DNA of 64,000 bases from Salisapilia sapeloensis CBS 127946 (taxonomy: Eukaryota > Protista > Oomycota). The notes below the pieces were generated by a model, which made no database searches, was not told the origin of the DNA, and worked only from the letters and a program-made list of their open reading frames with translations. Below are positions 41,552 to 54,118 of this stretch, piece by piece. The translations under genes and the position numbers were made by a program. Each line of letters begins with the position of its first letter. Position 1 is the first letter of the stretch. The stretch covers positions 62,001-126,000 of the forward strand of contig JAADVB010000013.1 of NCBI GenBank assembly GCA_023334545.1, in the 5' to 3' direction.

Positions 41552-43420
41552 TCAATTCTCGCGACTGCGATAGACAAAATCTTCCAACTGCACGTGATCA
41601 TCGCTACTTCCTTCTACTTCTCGACCATGAAAGAAGCTAGTACAGCGCCTGCTTTCCGCAGGTCCATTCAGGTCAACGTGACCAGTCTGGCTATTGCGTT
41701 GTCCAAAAGCAGAACTCTGACTTACTCGTGCTGGGGCTCGAGGAATACAGCCTGCCGTCTTCGCACGTGGAACAGTCAATTGCGTTTGGTCAATTACAAC
41801 TGTCGATAACTCGCGGGCTGTACCGTTCGTAGTGCGTGGTCTAGATTGTATCTCATCACCATCACGAGGTGTCCATAGGGAATGCTTTCGATGTTTTCGA
41901 TTTGCTAGCGCAGAGAGGGAGATACGTGGAGTATGAGCGGATGTAGATGATGGTGGGCGCATTGTGTGTCGGCATTCATTCAGTTGATTCCCCTTCTCGA
42001 GGAGGTCGCGATAGTCTAGCATAATTTCTCGAGACTCTTTCTGGTAATATAATCGAGATGAAGAAACCCCAGTATAATAAATATTAATTAAACATACCTG
42101 ACTGCGCTCTATTTCATGTAAGATGGTTGTATTCTCTTCACGCAAGTTGATTGCTTCGGTCCACAATGGTCCTTTTACCGCATTATAGTCTGCCGTCAGT
42201 GCCTCAAGTTGTTGATGTGTCCGTCGAATGTAGTTTTCCAATTGAGCGATGCGATCTACTTGACAGCTGAACCTTTCCTCGGTCTCAGTAGATTGAGTAG
42301 AAAGTAGCTGTACTTGCTGCTCATGAGAAGTTTTGAGATTGCCTAGAGCTTTTTCTAGCTGCTGCTCAAAATGTCTGTTGCTATTCACCTTTGGAGCTAG
42401 TGTTTCATGCGTAAACACTTCAAGCTTGTTGAGACCATTTGCCAAAGAGTTACATTGACCTTCATGATTATCTACGCGTTGATTTAGCTGCTTTTCACGC
42501 TTTTCGGCTTGTTCACGAACACGTTGTTCTGCTTTTTGGGTCTCTATAAGTTTTTGTTTGTATACTTCTACTTCCTCACACAGCTTTTCAATGACGTCTT
42601 GGCTGCTTCGTAATTTAACTGCAGTCGATTCCGCCAAGTTATCCAATGCGTGCACCTTGGTCGTGGTAGAGCTTTGCTTCCTTCCTAGTTCCAACAAGTC
42701 TATATCAAGCTGCGCGAGTTTTTCCTGGTGGTGGCGGTCATTAATAATGAGGTTCTCAGTAGCAGCTAGCGAATGCTGCATTTCCTGCACTTGATGTCTA
42801 ATATTGTCTAAAGCCACTTCCGTAGATGTACCGGACGTTGAAAGTGGACCGAAGACCTCATAAAAGTCATCCGTGCTCAATTTTGTTTGCAGGCGTGCTT
42901 CCATTTTAGATGCAAAGCTCGCGAAGAGGTCATGCACTGATTGTTCGATCGACGCACGAAATCTGTCCATATCCCACATCTTCGACTCGAAGACTGATAT
43001 GTCGACCTTCGTAGCCTGTACCTCCTCTAGGGCACTCGTATTTGCCTTGCCTAACATCTCATTTGCTACAATCTTGCGATGTCGCCCCAAGAGCTCTTTA
43101 GCTGTGCCATTGGAGATCTGTAAGACAATCGACACTTGCGATTACATTTAATCTAGATAAATACAACAGATATGTACTTTGGTAAGTAGCGCAGCATCGA
43201 GCTGGGTCTGTGTGACGAAGGAGTTAGTTACTTTCTCCAAAGCCTGATGATCCGCAAGTAGACGACGATAATCGGCATGGACATCTTGTAGCTGCGTTCT
43301 CAGGCTAAGCACCTCGGACCATAAATGTCTCTCCTCTATACCCATCAAAATAAGCTTTGCATGCAAGTCAAGCTTGCCAACCGTATAGGTATTACCTGCA
43401 ATCGCGAGCTCCTTGGTCAT
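41552..43420 (-). CDS. Hypothetical coiled-coil protein, multi-exon
   Basis: ORFs 43148..43420 and 41552..43135 are joined by a GT-AG intron at about 43189, with a second likely intron at about 42100. Heptad-rich throughout; no family recognised. Confidence 0.7.
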
Positions 43421-43571
43421 CCTGGAGCACTCCCAGACTCTTACGACCTTTGACAGCCTCTCTCTTTCTTATTCTTTTTCAGATCGTACTTGATCGAAGC
43501 AATTCAGCTAACATCGGCCCTGGTGCTCTACGCCAAGGTCGTAGCATCGGTACCGAGCGCTATAATCCAAT

Positions 43572-45697
43572 ATGGCCCTCCAGCAGACAGAATACGAAGT
43601 GGTACGTTGCATAGGACAATGCTTTCAAGGGGAATCGAGTTTTAGAGCTAACAATGTGGCTATTGGGTGCCATATAGACCGTGGAGGAAAACCTCCCGAG
43701 TGATGACGTCGAAGACGACGGCCCTACTTTCGAAGACCTGGCTATTGACGACACTCTCAGCGACTTAGATCGGGTCACCAAATACGTTTGCAGCAACATT
43801 GCTCTTCAACGCGTTATTCATGTAAAAATGCTATCGGAGACCGCCATCGCCGTCGGGTAAGCCACTATTTATTATTCATGATTTTTATACCGACTGCTTA
43901 TTGCATGCAAAGCTTCCAGTCAACTTGTGATCGGCTCATTCCTCTCTTGGAGCCTCTGGTGTGTGACCTAGAGTACGTCGTTCGACAGCACGTGGCTTTT
44001 CAATTTTCGTCGCTCTGTCGCTTCCTCGTGGAGAGTGATGCCGAGTCATCCACTACAGGCTATCAGCTCATGCTGGACAAAATCGTACCGCTCATTGCTC
44101 AGCTAGTTTCAGATGACCAGCATGAAGTCCGGTCTGCTGCTGCCGACAGTCTGATTGAAATAGCAGGTCTCATCAAGCCTGACGACCAAGGCCAGCACAT
44201 TCTAACGATCGTTCTACCACTCGCCCACGACGACGACAACGAGCAGCTACGTATCTCGGCTGTACGTCTGTATGACGGTCTTGCCGAGCACCTCGGCCCA
44301 GAGCTATGTCAGCAATTTTGTGTTCCTGAACTCATTTCCTTGTCCGAAGACCAAGTCTTTCGTGTCCGAAAGTCCACTGCCCAAAGTTTTTCCAATATCA
44401 GTCGAATAGTAGGTGCCGAAATCGGCCGAGAACGATTATTACCTGCCTTCCAACGCCTCGCAAGTGACGACATTTGGGGCGTCCGTAAAGCCTGTGCCGA
44501 GTCCCTCGTTGCCATGTCCGAGACACTAGAACCGGAGATTCGAGCTGCGTTACTTGTCCCCTTGTTTGATGCGTTCACGTCCGATACGTCCAGATGGGTG
44601 CGTCTCGCAGCGTACCAGAGTCTCGGTCCGTTTTTGTCTACTTTACCACCAGACGACGTGTCGGAAGAACTTTTGGATGACTTTTTGAGCATGGGGAATT
44701 CGTCTTCCGCGCTGCAGCTAGGTGGAAGTGGAGAAGTGGACATCAAATTCCACTGTGCCTTTTCTTTCCCAGCCGTTGTGAGCATCGTCGGCAAGAATGA
44801 GTGGCATCGACTCGCTCCTGTGTTTGTCATGCTATCGCAAGACTCTTTCTGGAAGATCCGACGGACACTTGCGTACTCTTTGCATGAGCTCGCCAAGATG
44901 CTCGGTCCTGAAATCACTGAAAGTGAGCTCACCGTTGCTTTTGATTACTATTTGCAAGACGTACCGGAAGTACGTCTCGGCGCGATGCTTCACTTTGCAG
45001 ATTTCCTAGAGCACTTGTCTCCCGACGGTCGAGAAAAGTATCTGAACGTCTTGCGCACGTTGCGTATGGATGAACAAGTGACGAACTGGAGGTTGCGGCA
45101 AGTCCTCAGTTCCCAATTGTGTCCATTATGCAGCCTCTTTCCACCTGACCAGACGTTTGATGTGTTGGCACCTTTGGTGCTCCAGTTAGTGACAGATCAA
45201 GTGTCCAGTGTGCGTGAAGAAAGCTTCCAGGCATGTCCAGTGCTGTTGGATAAAATAGATGCTTCCAGGAGACAGGACGTCATTACGCAGTTCATGCGGT
45301 TGGCGACGTCTAGCCACTTTAAAGACCGACAGATCTTTGTCAAAGTCGCTCGAGCGTTCATCGATCATGACGGACAAGAGGTGTTTGAATCCGATATGGT
45401 AGATACGTTCTTCACCTTGGCGAAGGACAATGTGTACAACGTTCGACATTTAGTTGCAAGTGTCGTCTTAGAGCATCGAGGTACGTTGTCATGTAGATAG
45501 GAAGGAGTATGCCTACTAACTTGCTATTAGACTTTTTCCGGCAGTCGAGCAAGTCACCGACGTGGTTAGTGGAAGGCTTGCAAGTACCGTACGAAACGGC
45601 AGAAGCGTTGCTAGTGGTCTTCCCAGAGCCACCGCCCAGGGTAGAGACACAGGATACAGAACAGAAAGAGGATGCATCGACGGACGCAAATGGATAA
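43572..45697 (+). CDS. PPP4R1: Serine/threonine-protein phosphatase 4 regulatory subunit 1-like HEAT-repeat protein, 4 exons
   Basis: Exons MALQQTEYEV|TVEENL...LSDLDRVTKYVCSNIALQRVIHVKML...|; HEAT repeats (SEDQVFRVRK, SDDIWGVRKACAE, DTSRWVR, WKIRRTLAYSLHELAKMLG, DVPEVRLG, NWRLRQ). Confidence 0.88.
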
Positions 45698-45742
45698 AGA
45701 AAAAGACGTTCAAACAAAGGATTCATTCGTTGTGTATCTATC

Positions 45743-46321
45743 TTAGGAAGTGTGAGGTGTCCAGGACCGGTGGACGTCCTGATCGAACGACTCGCATTGC
45801 GCCGGCTCGAACTTGCCGTCGAAGATGTCTCGGCAGATGCCTTCGATCGCTCGAATGCCTTTCGAAGCAGTTTCGGCACCTTTGTTCACCGACAAACTTT
45901 CCAACTTTTTCGAGATGAACGGCACGAAAGCAGTGACCTTGGCCTCTGCTTCATACAACGTCTTCGTACTGTCATCTGGATGCGGCGTGTAGACGCACGT
46001 CTCATTGACCGTAGCCACAGATCGGAAAGTAAGATTGGTAGAACGCAATTCCAGTCGCTGGGTTTTGGGATCACATATTGTCTCTTCATACACGTACGAA
46101 TATGGCTCTAATACTGCTTTAGCCCATGATGGAAGGTTTGTCTGCGAGCACTTGGCGAGTCGACTGGTGATGAGCCGACCTTGATCGTCAATCCGGCGGT
46201 CAAGCACATCAACGCGCTCGACATGCTGCAGCCGTGCATTCGGATACTTATTCCAAAAAGCTCGTGTGACGACGCTCCAATTGAACGGGTAAGTGTGCGT
46301 GGTTTCTTGTGTGAGTACCAT
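45743..46321 (-). CDS. PRELI/MSF1 (Ups/Slmo) mitochondrial lipid-transfer protein
   Basis: HTYPFNWSVVTRAFWNKYPN...VDVLDRRID..GRLITSRL...RSTNLTF...ETCVYTPHP, the typical PRELI pattern. Confidence 0.92.
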   Translation of the reverse strand: MVLTQETTHTYPFNWSVVTRAFWNKYPNARLQHVERVDVLDRRIDDQGRLITSRLAKCSQTNLPSWAKAVLEPYSYVYEETICDPKTQRLELRSTNLTFRSVATVNETCVYTPHPDDSTKTLYEAEAKVTAFVPFISKKLESLSVNKGAETASKGIRAIEGICRDIFDGKFEPAQCESFDQDVHRSWTPHTS

Positions 46322-46767
46322 CGAGACGAAATAGAAGTTGCGCTTCTGTCTGATGTCTCAGGATGAAATGTTGTCCACCTCTTTATAAGCGCACTTCAAA
46401 TATATCAACCAATGATGATGGGAGGTACGCTTCTACAAAAAAAGTAAGCAAGAAAATAAAAGTTTTCGCTTACTTTATCTTTCTTTAGCTGTATAGTTGT
46501 ATCGTTTGGAGGCAATCGTCGTGAAGGGCATGGTAGGGTCATTGAGTATTTGTGGAAAGATATATAGTAATAGTACATGTTTCTGTGTTGGTTGCAGAAG
46601 GTCAATCAGCTCTGTGTGCAATGCGTAGAAATCTCCATCGCCCAACGCTTGTCGAAATAGATATAAACGGACATTACCTTGCTACCGAAGAAATATCCAT
46701 TCTACTGATCAAGAAAACAAAGGAATTTAAAAAGTTTCTAGACGGGGAAAATGCATATCGATTGGTT

Positions 46768-49700
46768 TTACGACCTTACACGCTGAAGATAGACTTGGAC
46801 CAACCTCTGTTTTACCGGAGGCAGTCGGTCGGTCAAGTACCACTCGACTGCATGCGCGTTATCTCCCATCGCTCCATACAATGCTACGACAGCATCCACT
46901 GCTCCTTTGCGCACTTCTGCCTTGGTATGGCTCATGTTATCCGTCAAAGGTCCCATCAGTCTATCCATCCACTCTGTGCTTCGAAGGAAAGCGCTTCCTT
47001 TCTCTCCACATCTAAACATGACGTATGTCAGCAGACGTTGCACTACTTGTAATGTCGTTGGTTGCTGTGTCTGAGCAAGGTACGGTGCGAGCAGTCGAAC
47101 TGTTTCTTCTGCATTCTCAAAGGTATTCCCAATCTGCTGCAAGACATTTTCCGTCAGATAAGCAGCAATGTGGTCGCTCGGAAGACGGTCGAGAATTTCC
47201 AGTAGACGAAGAAATATCGGATACGAGTATTCCGATACCTGATTCGCATGTTCTTTCACAAGCCACTCGACGCCTCGGATACCAATGAGTACATCTTGCT
47301 CCAAGACGTCATTCAAAAGGGTGTAGACAAGAGCTTCCATGTCTTCCTCTGCACTTGTTTGCTTCATATAGAAGAGAGCGTTGTGGAGATGCCGCAGTCG
47401 CTGTTCATGCGTCAAGTTCTCTTGTTGCAGAGCTCCCACCATCGACTTGAAGGATCTTTCGGTATGTACATAATCCATCTTGGCGTGTTCTTTCGCCTCG
47501 TGCTCTTGATTATCCGCATACTTAGTCGGGGATGCTTGCTCTTCCTCTTGGTTCTCCTTATCCATGGATGGCATGTGTATGACAATGCCTCTGCTCGTCA
47601 TGAGCTGATGCAGTGTCGACCTCTTCGAAGGAGGCAGAAGTGACAGCATGTCATTCAGCTCAGACGGATACAGCTCCGCCAGTGCCTGGATAAGTTTACC
47701 ACAAGCCTTCACGACAGCCAAAGGCGCTTCATCTTCCACCACTTGAGCGACTTTGGTAAGCAACATACGCATGTTACTAGTCGCCTGTTGGAAGTAGACG
47801 TCTGCATCTACCAGTCGCTCGCGAATAAAGTCACACACAGACGCTTTCATCTTCATATTCCGGCCTTGTGTCACGAGCGGCACTACGTTAGTCATTAGGA
47901 CGGACGTATCGACAAGTGACGCAATAAGTTCTAAACTCTCTTTCGCTAATGCTCGTGGCGTTTCTTTCGGATCCACGAGTTTCTGGAACAGCCGAGACAG
48001 CATGTACTTTAACTGTTTCTCGACTTGAGAGACACGACAGATACGTAGTACTGTCGGCAACTGAGACAAGACTTGCTGAGTCACTCGTTCGTGCGGATCT
48101 GCTAGAGACTGAATAAATACATGCAAAGTCCGGTCGTCTGGTCGATTCGAGTGGATAAGCGTCGAGCCAATATACTTTACAGCCAAGAGACGAGGGTACC
48201 ATGCGTCCTCCTTGAGAGCTGCGACTGCCTCTTCCAGCGTCTCAAAAGAGTTTGCATTTGAATCAAGCTTTCTAGCTCTTGTCTCAGAAGGTTGGTCTGC
48301 AGGCGGCTTGGATCGTTTGGCATCACGTGCTGCATCGTGTTGTTCAGAGGAATGCGGAGACGCTCGCTTGTTCTCTTTCTTCGTGTTTTCCACTACACGC
48401 AATGGCTTTTCACTCGAGTGGAAACGAGCTGCAGAGGTCTTTGTAGACGTCTTCGCTGTCATCTGGTCTGCTGCAAACGTCACAGGGACGCGCAAAGCTG
48501 CCTGAGATATCATTTGTCGGCGTTCTGTAGCATTAACAGGCTTATCACCCACCTCCACACGCAACGGACCTGTATACGTCGACTTTACGTTTTTACTATC
48601 ATCTACTTTGTCGCTACTTGAAGGTACAAGTACGCGTTGAGCTCCTATATGACCATCTCTTCGACTGTCTGACGAGACAGATGACGGGCCGGATACTGGT
48701 ACTCTCTTCGCACTCTTATCTGCCTTTTGTACGACACTACTGGAACTACTAGTTGCAGTCGTCTGTGGACGTGGAGGTAATGCCGTTGGCCTCTTTCCGG
48801 TTGATGCTGTCTTCATGGACATGGCAGCACTGGAAGTTCGGTCGGAAGTGGATGCGATGTCGGAACGAGACGGATCCTCCAGAAGTGCTTTTTGTGTCGA
48901 CCTGTCTAGCTTTTGGAAGACTGTGGATGCTTCCTCTGGAAATAATGCATGGAAACACCAGTAGCATTGCCGTGCATTCGCTCGAACTTTGCTCACTGCG
49001 TCTTGGATGAGAGAAGGAAGGATGGAAGACAGGATGTCTGTGTGTTTAGACAGGTACGACAGACTCCAACGTTGTAAAGCTAGCGTCAAGTAGGATGCAC
49101 AGCACGTTCGCAGTGCATGACTACGTGCCTTGGAGCCTTCACATACTTTTGTTAAGACTCTTGCATACCCAACTTCTGTCGACTCTATCACACGTCGTAT
49201 GGCCGTGTCCGCAGCACTCGACACGACTTGGATAGTGACGTACGTTGCTTTTAATAAGCTTTCGATACACTTTTCTGCATGCCCATTAAACTCCTCCTGT
49301 AGTACTTGAGCTAAGTATTGAATGGTCAGACAAGCTTCTTTCGCAACTGCCGACCGCAAGTCACCTACTTGAGCACAGAGGAGGTCTCGGATTTGTCGAA
49401 GACCGTTGGAAAGTGCTTCAATGAGTTCCTGATCGCCTACGCATTTTCCTGCAAGGGTACGAACAGATCGGAGTGCTTCGACACGTTTGCTCCAGTCCTG
49501 TGTACGATCAAGATTCTCTCGAATAGCAACGATTTCCTGTTCTACCATTCTGACTGTGATGTCACGTTCGAAACTATTGCTTTGATCGACCTGTGGTGTC
49601 TGGATGTCTATTGCTGATACATCCACTGTCTCGATAGGTGATTCGGCAGAAAAATATCTTTCGATTGGAGCTGGAGACGAATGTGGGCGCTGCTGATAGG

Positions 49701-50470
49701 AAGGTGATGGAGTGCGTCGAGCATGGTACGGTGCGTCTGTGTCGTTAATATGGTCGTGTAGGATCTGGAGATGCTGTGATCGCAAGTTCTTTGCTTCTAG
49801 TTCCTGTATAAAGTCTGGTCCGAGGGCAAAGTAGAATCGAACGAGTGTTTCAAGTGCCGAGTCTCGCACTTCCTTAGATGAATCTTCCAACATGGCGACG
49901 ACTGTATCTAGCCACTCACTTTTCTTTTCACTGAATTGGTCAAACTTGTCTAGACATCTCCAAAGACAATGCAGACTTTGCTCTCGCACACGCCAATTTC
50001 GATGGCTGAAACAAGGCTTAAGACGAGATAAAGTGGCATCTAGGCCATTGTGAGAAGCCAATTGGACGATCACATCAACAGCTTTCTCTCGAACGCCGAC
50101 TTTACCATCGCCCATACGCTGACTTAACGCATTCCATAGCTCCTTTTCACGACTGGTGACTACTTCTGAACGTAGTCGTGGTAAGACGAGTTCTATGATC
50201 TCAAGAGCAGTGTGTGCTAGCTTTGGGTTGTGTTCCTTTAGACAGGATAGAACGTCTGGAAGTAAAGGTGCCAGCGTCTCTTCATCTATACTTGACACTC
50301 GTTGTTGACCGGCGTTCTGGAGCTCATCAAGTACGCCAATCGCACCTGCCAGTCGCTTCTTAATGACTAATTGCGTTATGAAACTAAGTATATGTCCTCC
50401 CTGGATATGTCTGATGAATAAATGTACCTGGAGCACGCAAAAGCGCTACGTGGGCCTGCATAGACGACAT
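46768..50470 (-). CDS. CLASP: CLIP-associating protein (CLASP), TOG/HEAT microtubule regulator
   Basis: First exon MSSMQAHVALLRAP (ATG at 50470) followed by an intron. TOG1 (RMGDGKVGVRE; HRNWRVREQ), CLASP_N (DWSKRVEAL...DLRSAVAKEAC), a Ser-rich linker and a C-terminal HEAT domain (AEVRKGAVDAVV...QRLVQVYL). Confidence 0.9.
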
Positions 50471-50824
50471 GCCGCGTTCTCGTAAATTCAAAACCGACTT
50501 AAGCGTCTGTTTAGTGGAGCTGAAATAATAGACACATGATGAAAAGATACAATCAATTGCTTTTCTCTACCTAGTGCTTTAATCTTTAACTATATCAAGA
50601 ATTCAATTCATACACTGCATTCAGCCAACTAGTAATGTCGTGCATGAAGATGTATAAAGTAGTAAAGCTCTCTTGCAGATACTTTATGGCCGACTAACTT
50701 CATTATCGCCACCTTTTGCGCCAATTTTATCCAATCAGCGTCTTTGATTCGGATGCGGATAGCTGACCTACTACGCCGCTTGAGATCAGGTGCCGGGAAG
50801 GAGCGATTTGAAAGTACTTGAGAG

Positions 50825-52134
50825 ATGACTGCTAGCTCGACTGTACGTCGGCAGGCTGCTTCTGCATCCTTTATGACGCTTGCATTGAGATGGCTGCGCA
50901 ATGTATTTTGTAAGTGCGTTTACACTTAATCGACAAACGATCACCTGACGATGCTCCTCGTAGGGAAGTTCATTTTGCGTCAGAGCGAGATAGAAAGGAT
51001 CTGTAAAGGCTCTCGGACAAATGTCGATGAACACTTGCGTATCCTTCGCTTTCGAACGAGCGTCGCTCTATCAACTGCCCTCGTCAGCGCTTGCAATATC
51101 ATTTTTGACTTTGATGCATTCCCAGTACGCTATCCATCTATTTAATCGCCATCGGTATCTGATATACACGTAGGTGGAACGCATTCAACAAGACATTGTA
51201 ACTCGAGTAAAGCTGAAGAAGAATGATGCAAACCTCATGGCCAATTTAAAAGGCTGCTTGCACCGCTGTTCCTTTGTGAATAAAGTCTTATCTCGAGCAT
51301 TTTCCCTCAAGCAGGAAAGTTATAGCTCAGAGAATTCAAAGCATGAGGTACAGTCATCCTCCGTACTTTTCCGGATAATTTACTTAGAAAAAGTTTGTAG
51401 GAAATGTTGGAGGAGCTGTGGACGAAACTCAAGCCGGATGTACGTCGTTCTGGTGGACGGATAACGAAAGAGTGGGGAGAGATTGGGTTCCAAGGTTGGA
51501 TGCTGTGATTGTCAACATTTAATTGTGTACTTATTACTGATATGGGTCATAGGAACGGATCCGCAATCGGACTTTAGAGGCATGGGAGTCTTCTCTCTCG
51601 TTCAACTCGTTTTCTTTGCCTCGAAATACCCTGTCGAAGCGCAAAGGTACACTCGTACTCGACGCTCTCTGCTTTCTATTTTAAACACATAGGCGTATAG
51701 AATGTTAGCAGAGTCAAACCACCCGACGAGATGGTACCCATTCGCGATCACAGGCATCAACCTTACTGGGTATATCGTATGATGCCAATGCCATTCATCT
51801 TGACACTAATCCAAGGGACTAGATTCGTGGATGAAATGGCAACGGAACGTCTATTAGACGCCAAATTGTATCAATACGCTAACTCGAATCAATCGAGTAC
51901 GGACTATCAAGTCGAGAATGGACTGCAGGCTCTACATGAATTTTATTGTACATCATTAAGCCTTTTATCGTTCCGACTGGCAACTTACTCAAAAGCATAG
52001 GCACAATCTTCACTCGATTCCATAAAAAGTGGGTAGATGCAAATCCAACGGACGTCATGGCTTTCCCCAAGATTTTCCAAAGTTTAAAAGACGAAGTTCG
52101 AAAAGAGCTCCAAGCAGATTCGTTTCGGTATTAG
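50825..52134 (+). CDS. ELMOD: ELMO-domain protein (ELMOD, putative ARF/ARL GAP), multi-exon
   Basis: Fragmented in the ORF track. Splicing gives LRWLRNVFWKFILRQSEIERIC..., MLEELWTKLKPD...EWGEIGFQG|TDPQSDFRGMGVFSLVQL, WYPFAITGINLT and LHEFYC...FHKKWVDANPTDVMAF. Exact exon limits are partly inferred. Confidence 0.88.
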
Positions 52135-52260
52135 AGCTGGAAGAATGCTTGCCCATCCAATATGGAGAATAAACCATTTTTTGCTTTCTGATCTATTTTG
52201 TGGAAATTAAACACGCGTAAATGGTATGTTCGGACACTAAAGCCATATCGGAGCTCGACT

Positions 52261-53025
52261 ATGTCTGACGACGTTCAGATGATGCATGCAGCGACCTTAG
52301 TTTGTCTGCGTCGGCACGTTGGCACAAGTATGTCTTCGTCATCGCAGTGGGACGTCTTGTTGGGTCAAAATGAAGTGAAGAACTGGCTGCGGTCGACGCC
52401 GACGTCGACAAGGATCATGAGGTATCCTGGTGAATGGAAGTTTCCGGGAGGAGCGGTGGACAGCTCCGATAAGTCTTTAAAAGCCACAGCGTTAAGGGAA
52501 CTACGTGAAGAATTTATCGGACTGACTCCGATGGAAGATGAAGCAAAAGTGCACTTCTTCGCGACGGAACGAACCAAAGCGATCCAAAACCGCAGCTATG
52601 ACATGCACAACTTTATTGCTTTTGCCGAAGAGAATACAACATGGTTGAATGGGAAAGAAGTTGACGTCGTGAATACAGCACTGAAAAAGAAGCGTATATT
52701 CTTTAAGGAATGCTTAGCAAGTGGCAGTTTCTGGGCATTGGACGAGAAAGAAAAGATGGAAATATCCCCGGAAGTTCATAGCGTGCACTGGTTTCCGATT
52801 GATGAAGCGATGCAAATGATGCTTTCATCTCTGGAAAAAGACCGTATCCCTCCGCCTGTGAATAAGTGGCAGGAAAACGAATTTGCAGAGCATGGCGTGG
52901 AACGACGTGATCCAATGTTCAAGACATATCTAGTTTTGAAAAAGATCGCGGCTTTCGAGTCCAGCGACAAGCTCTTAACATTCTTACATGAGCAATCGAT
53001 GCCTTCCATCACGTCAAATCTGTAG
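52261..53025 (+). CDS. Nudix hydrolase
   Basis: RYPGEWKFPGGAVDSSDKSLKATALRELREEFIGL is a Nudix box; also VLLGQ and EVHSVHWFP. Confidence 0.88.
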   Translation: MSDDVQMMHAATLVCLRRHVGTSMSSSSQWDVLLGQNEVKNWLRSTPTSTRIMRYPGEWKFPGGAVDSSDKSLKATALRELREEFIGLTPMEDEAKVHFFATERTKAIQNRSYDMHNFIAFAEENTTWLNGKEVDVVNTALKKKRIFFKECLASGSFWALDEKEKMEISPEVHSVHWFPIDEAMQMMLSSLEKDRIPPPVNKWQENEFAEHGVERRDPMFKTYLVLKKIAAFESSDKLLTFLHEQSMPSITSNL

Positions 53026-53399
53026 AAGGCATCACAACTGAAGCATTTGCACGTGTGTAGATAGCAGTGAAAGCACGTCAGCTGTACAACAAAAGTCTAA
53101 TAACAGAGTAAAACGACGAACACATCGAAACTTTGATAAACTCTTTTGTAGGCATAAATACATATTCTCCTCGGTAAGAGTACTCTTGGAGACGACAGGA
53201 ATATTGTCGAAAGCAGAAAGAATATTGCTGCGGGGAAAACTGTGACACATCGGCACCATCACGGAATTAAGCACCGTATACTTTCATGCCGGATACGGAT
53301 TAAAGCCGGAAGCTATAGCCACAAAATGCTCAATAAGCAAGCATATCCTAGTTTCTTATAAACATACCGCATTAGAAGCCACTTTAGTATCCATTCATG

Positions 53400-54076
53400 A
53401 AGTGGAAACCGTAACAATTCGGCACTAGAAAGGACAGTAGAAGTTTATGAAAATCTAGAATTGGATCTACCTCGTAAGATCATCTGAAGATGCAGCAAGG
53501 TATCTATTGGAATGTTAGAAGAAGTTTTATAATGCAGTTGTAGACAAGGTACCAAATAAAATATTGTAAGCTTTACTAGCCTATGAAAGAATCACAGGAT
53601 ACTCATTATCTGTTTTCCTTCACTCTGTTTGCCTCCTCGCTATCAGGTTAAAATAAAATAGAATCCTAGATCTATCTGGCTCTGGGAATAGGCTCGAGTC
53701 TGTAGTGAAAGCTCTTAAAATAGTCTCTCTTCCCCATACATCCAGCTCTTTTCCCAAAGGTACTTAATCACTCACACGTAATATATCCTTTCCAGTGCTG
53801 GTGTTATAGATGTGTCTCTAGATGATGGAGCAACTCTTTTCTCACGTCGAGGTCGTGAAGATGATGAAAAGCTGCAAAGGTCTGTGAAAGTTTAGCAGAT
53901 AAAGCCAACGTGAAAGGTGTGATGGATAATATGAAGATCAGTCTGATGATTCTTGACTTCGAATTGGAAGAACTTCAGCGAGGAAACGCTAAGGATTATA
54001 TTAGAATTGAGCAGAAAGATGTACGTACAAATAAAGTAGAACAAGTACCACGAGAAAATGACGCTATTCGTGTTTG
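53400..54076 (+). pseudogene. Possible decayed multi-exon gene fragment
   Basis: Protein-like stretches (ALERTVEVYENLELDLPRKII*, LESVVKALKIVSL..., ADKANVKGVMDNMKISLMILDFELEEL...) are interrupted by stops and frameshifts, with a plausible 50-bp GT-AG intron. No family recognised. Confidence 0.3.
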
Positions 54077-54118
54077 AATTGGTGTTGACAAAGATTTAGT
54101 TGGATGAAAAATACTTGC

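Noticed and set aside
50629-50901. SPO11-like 'SARELYY' motif on the minus strand
   Set aside because: The motif lies at the very end of a short ORF with no TOPRIM domain following, and the region is better explained as the CLASP/ELMOD promoter plus the first ELMOD exon on the plus strand.
53366-53700. Frame with repeated TAG/TAA that suggested RIP-like mutation or a TAA/TAG=Gln genetic code
   Set aside because: A neighbouring frame reads more naturally, and all intact genes in the window use TAA/TAG as stops.
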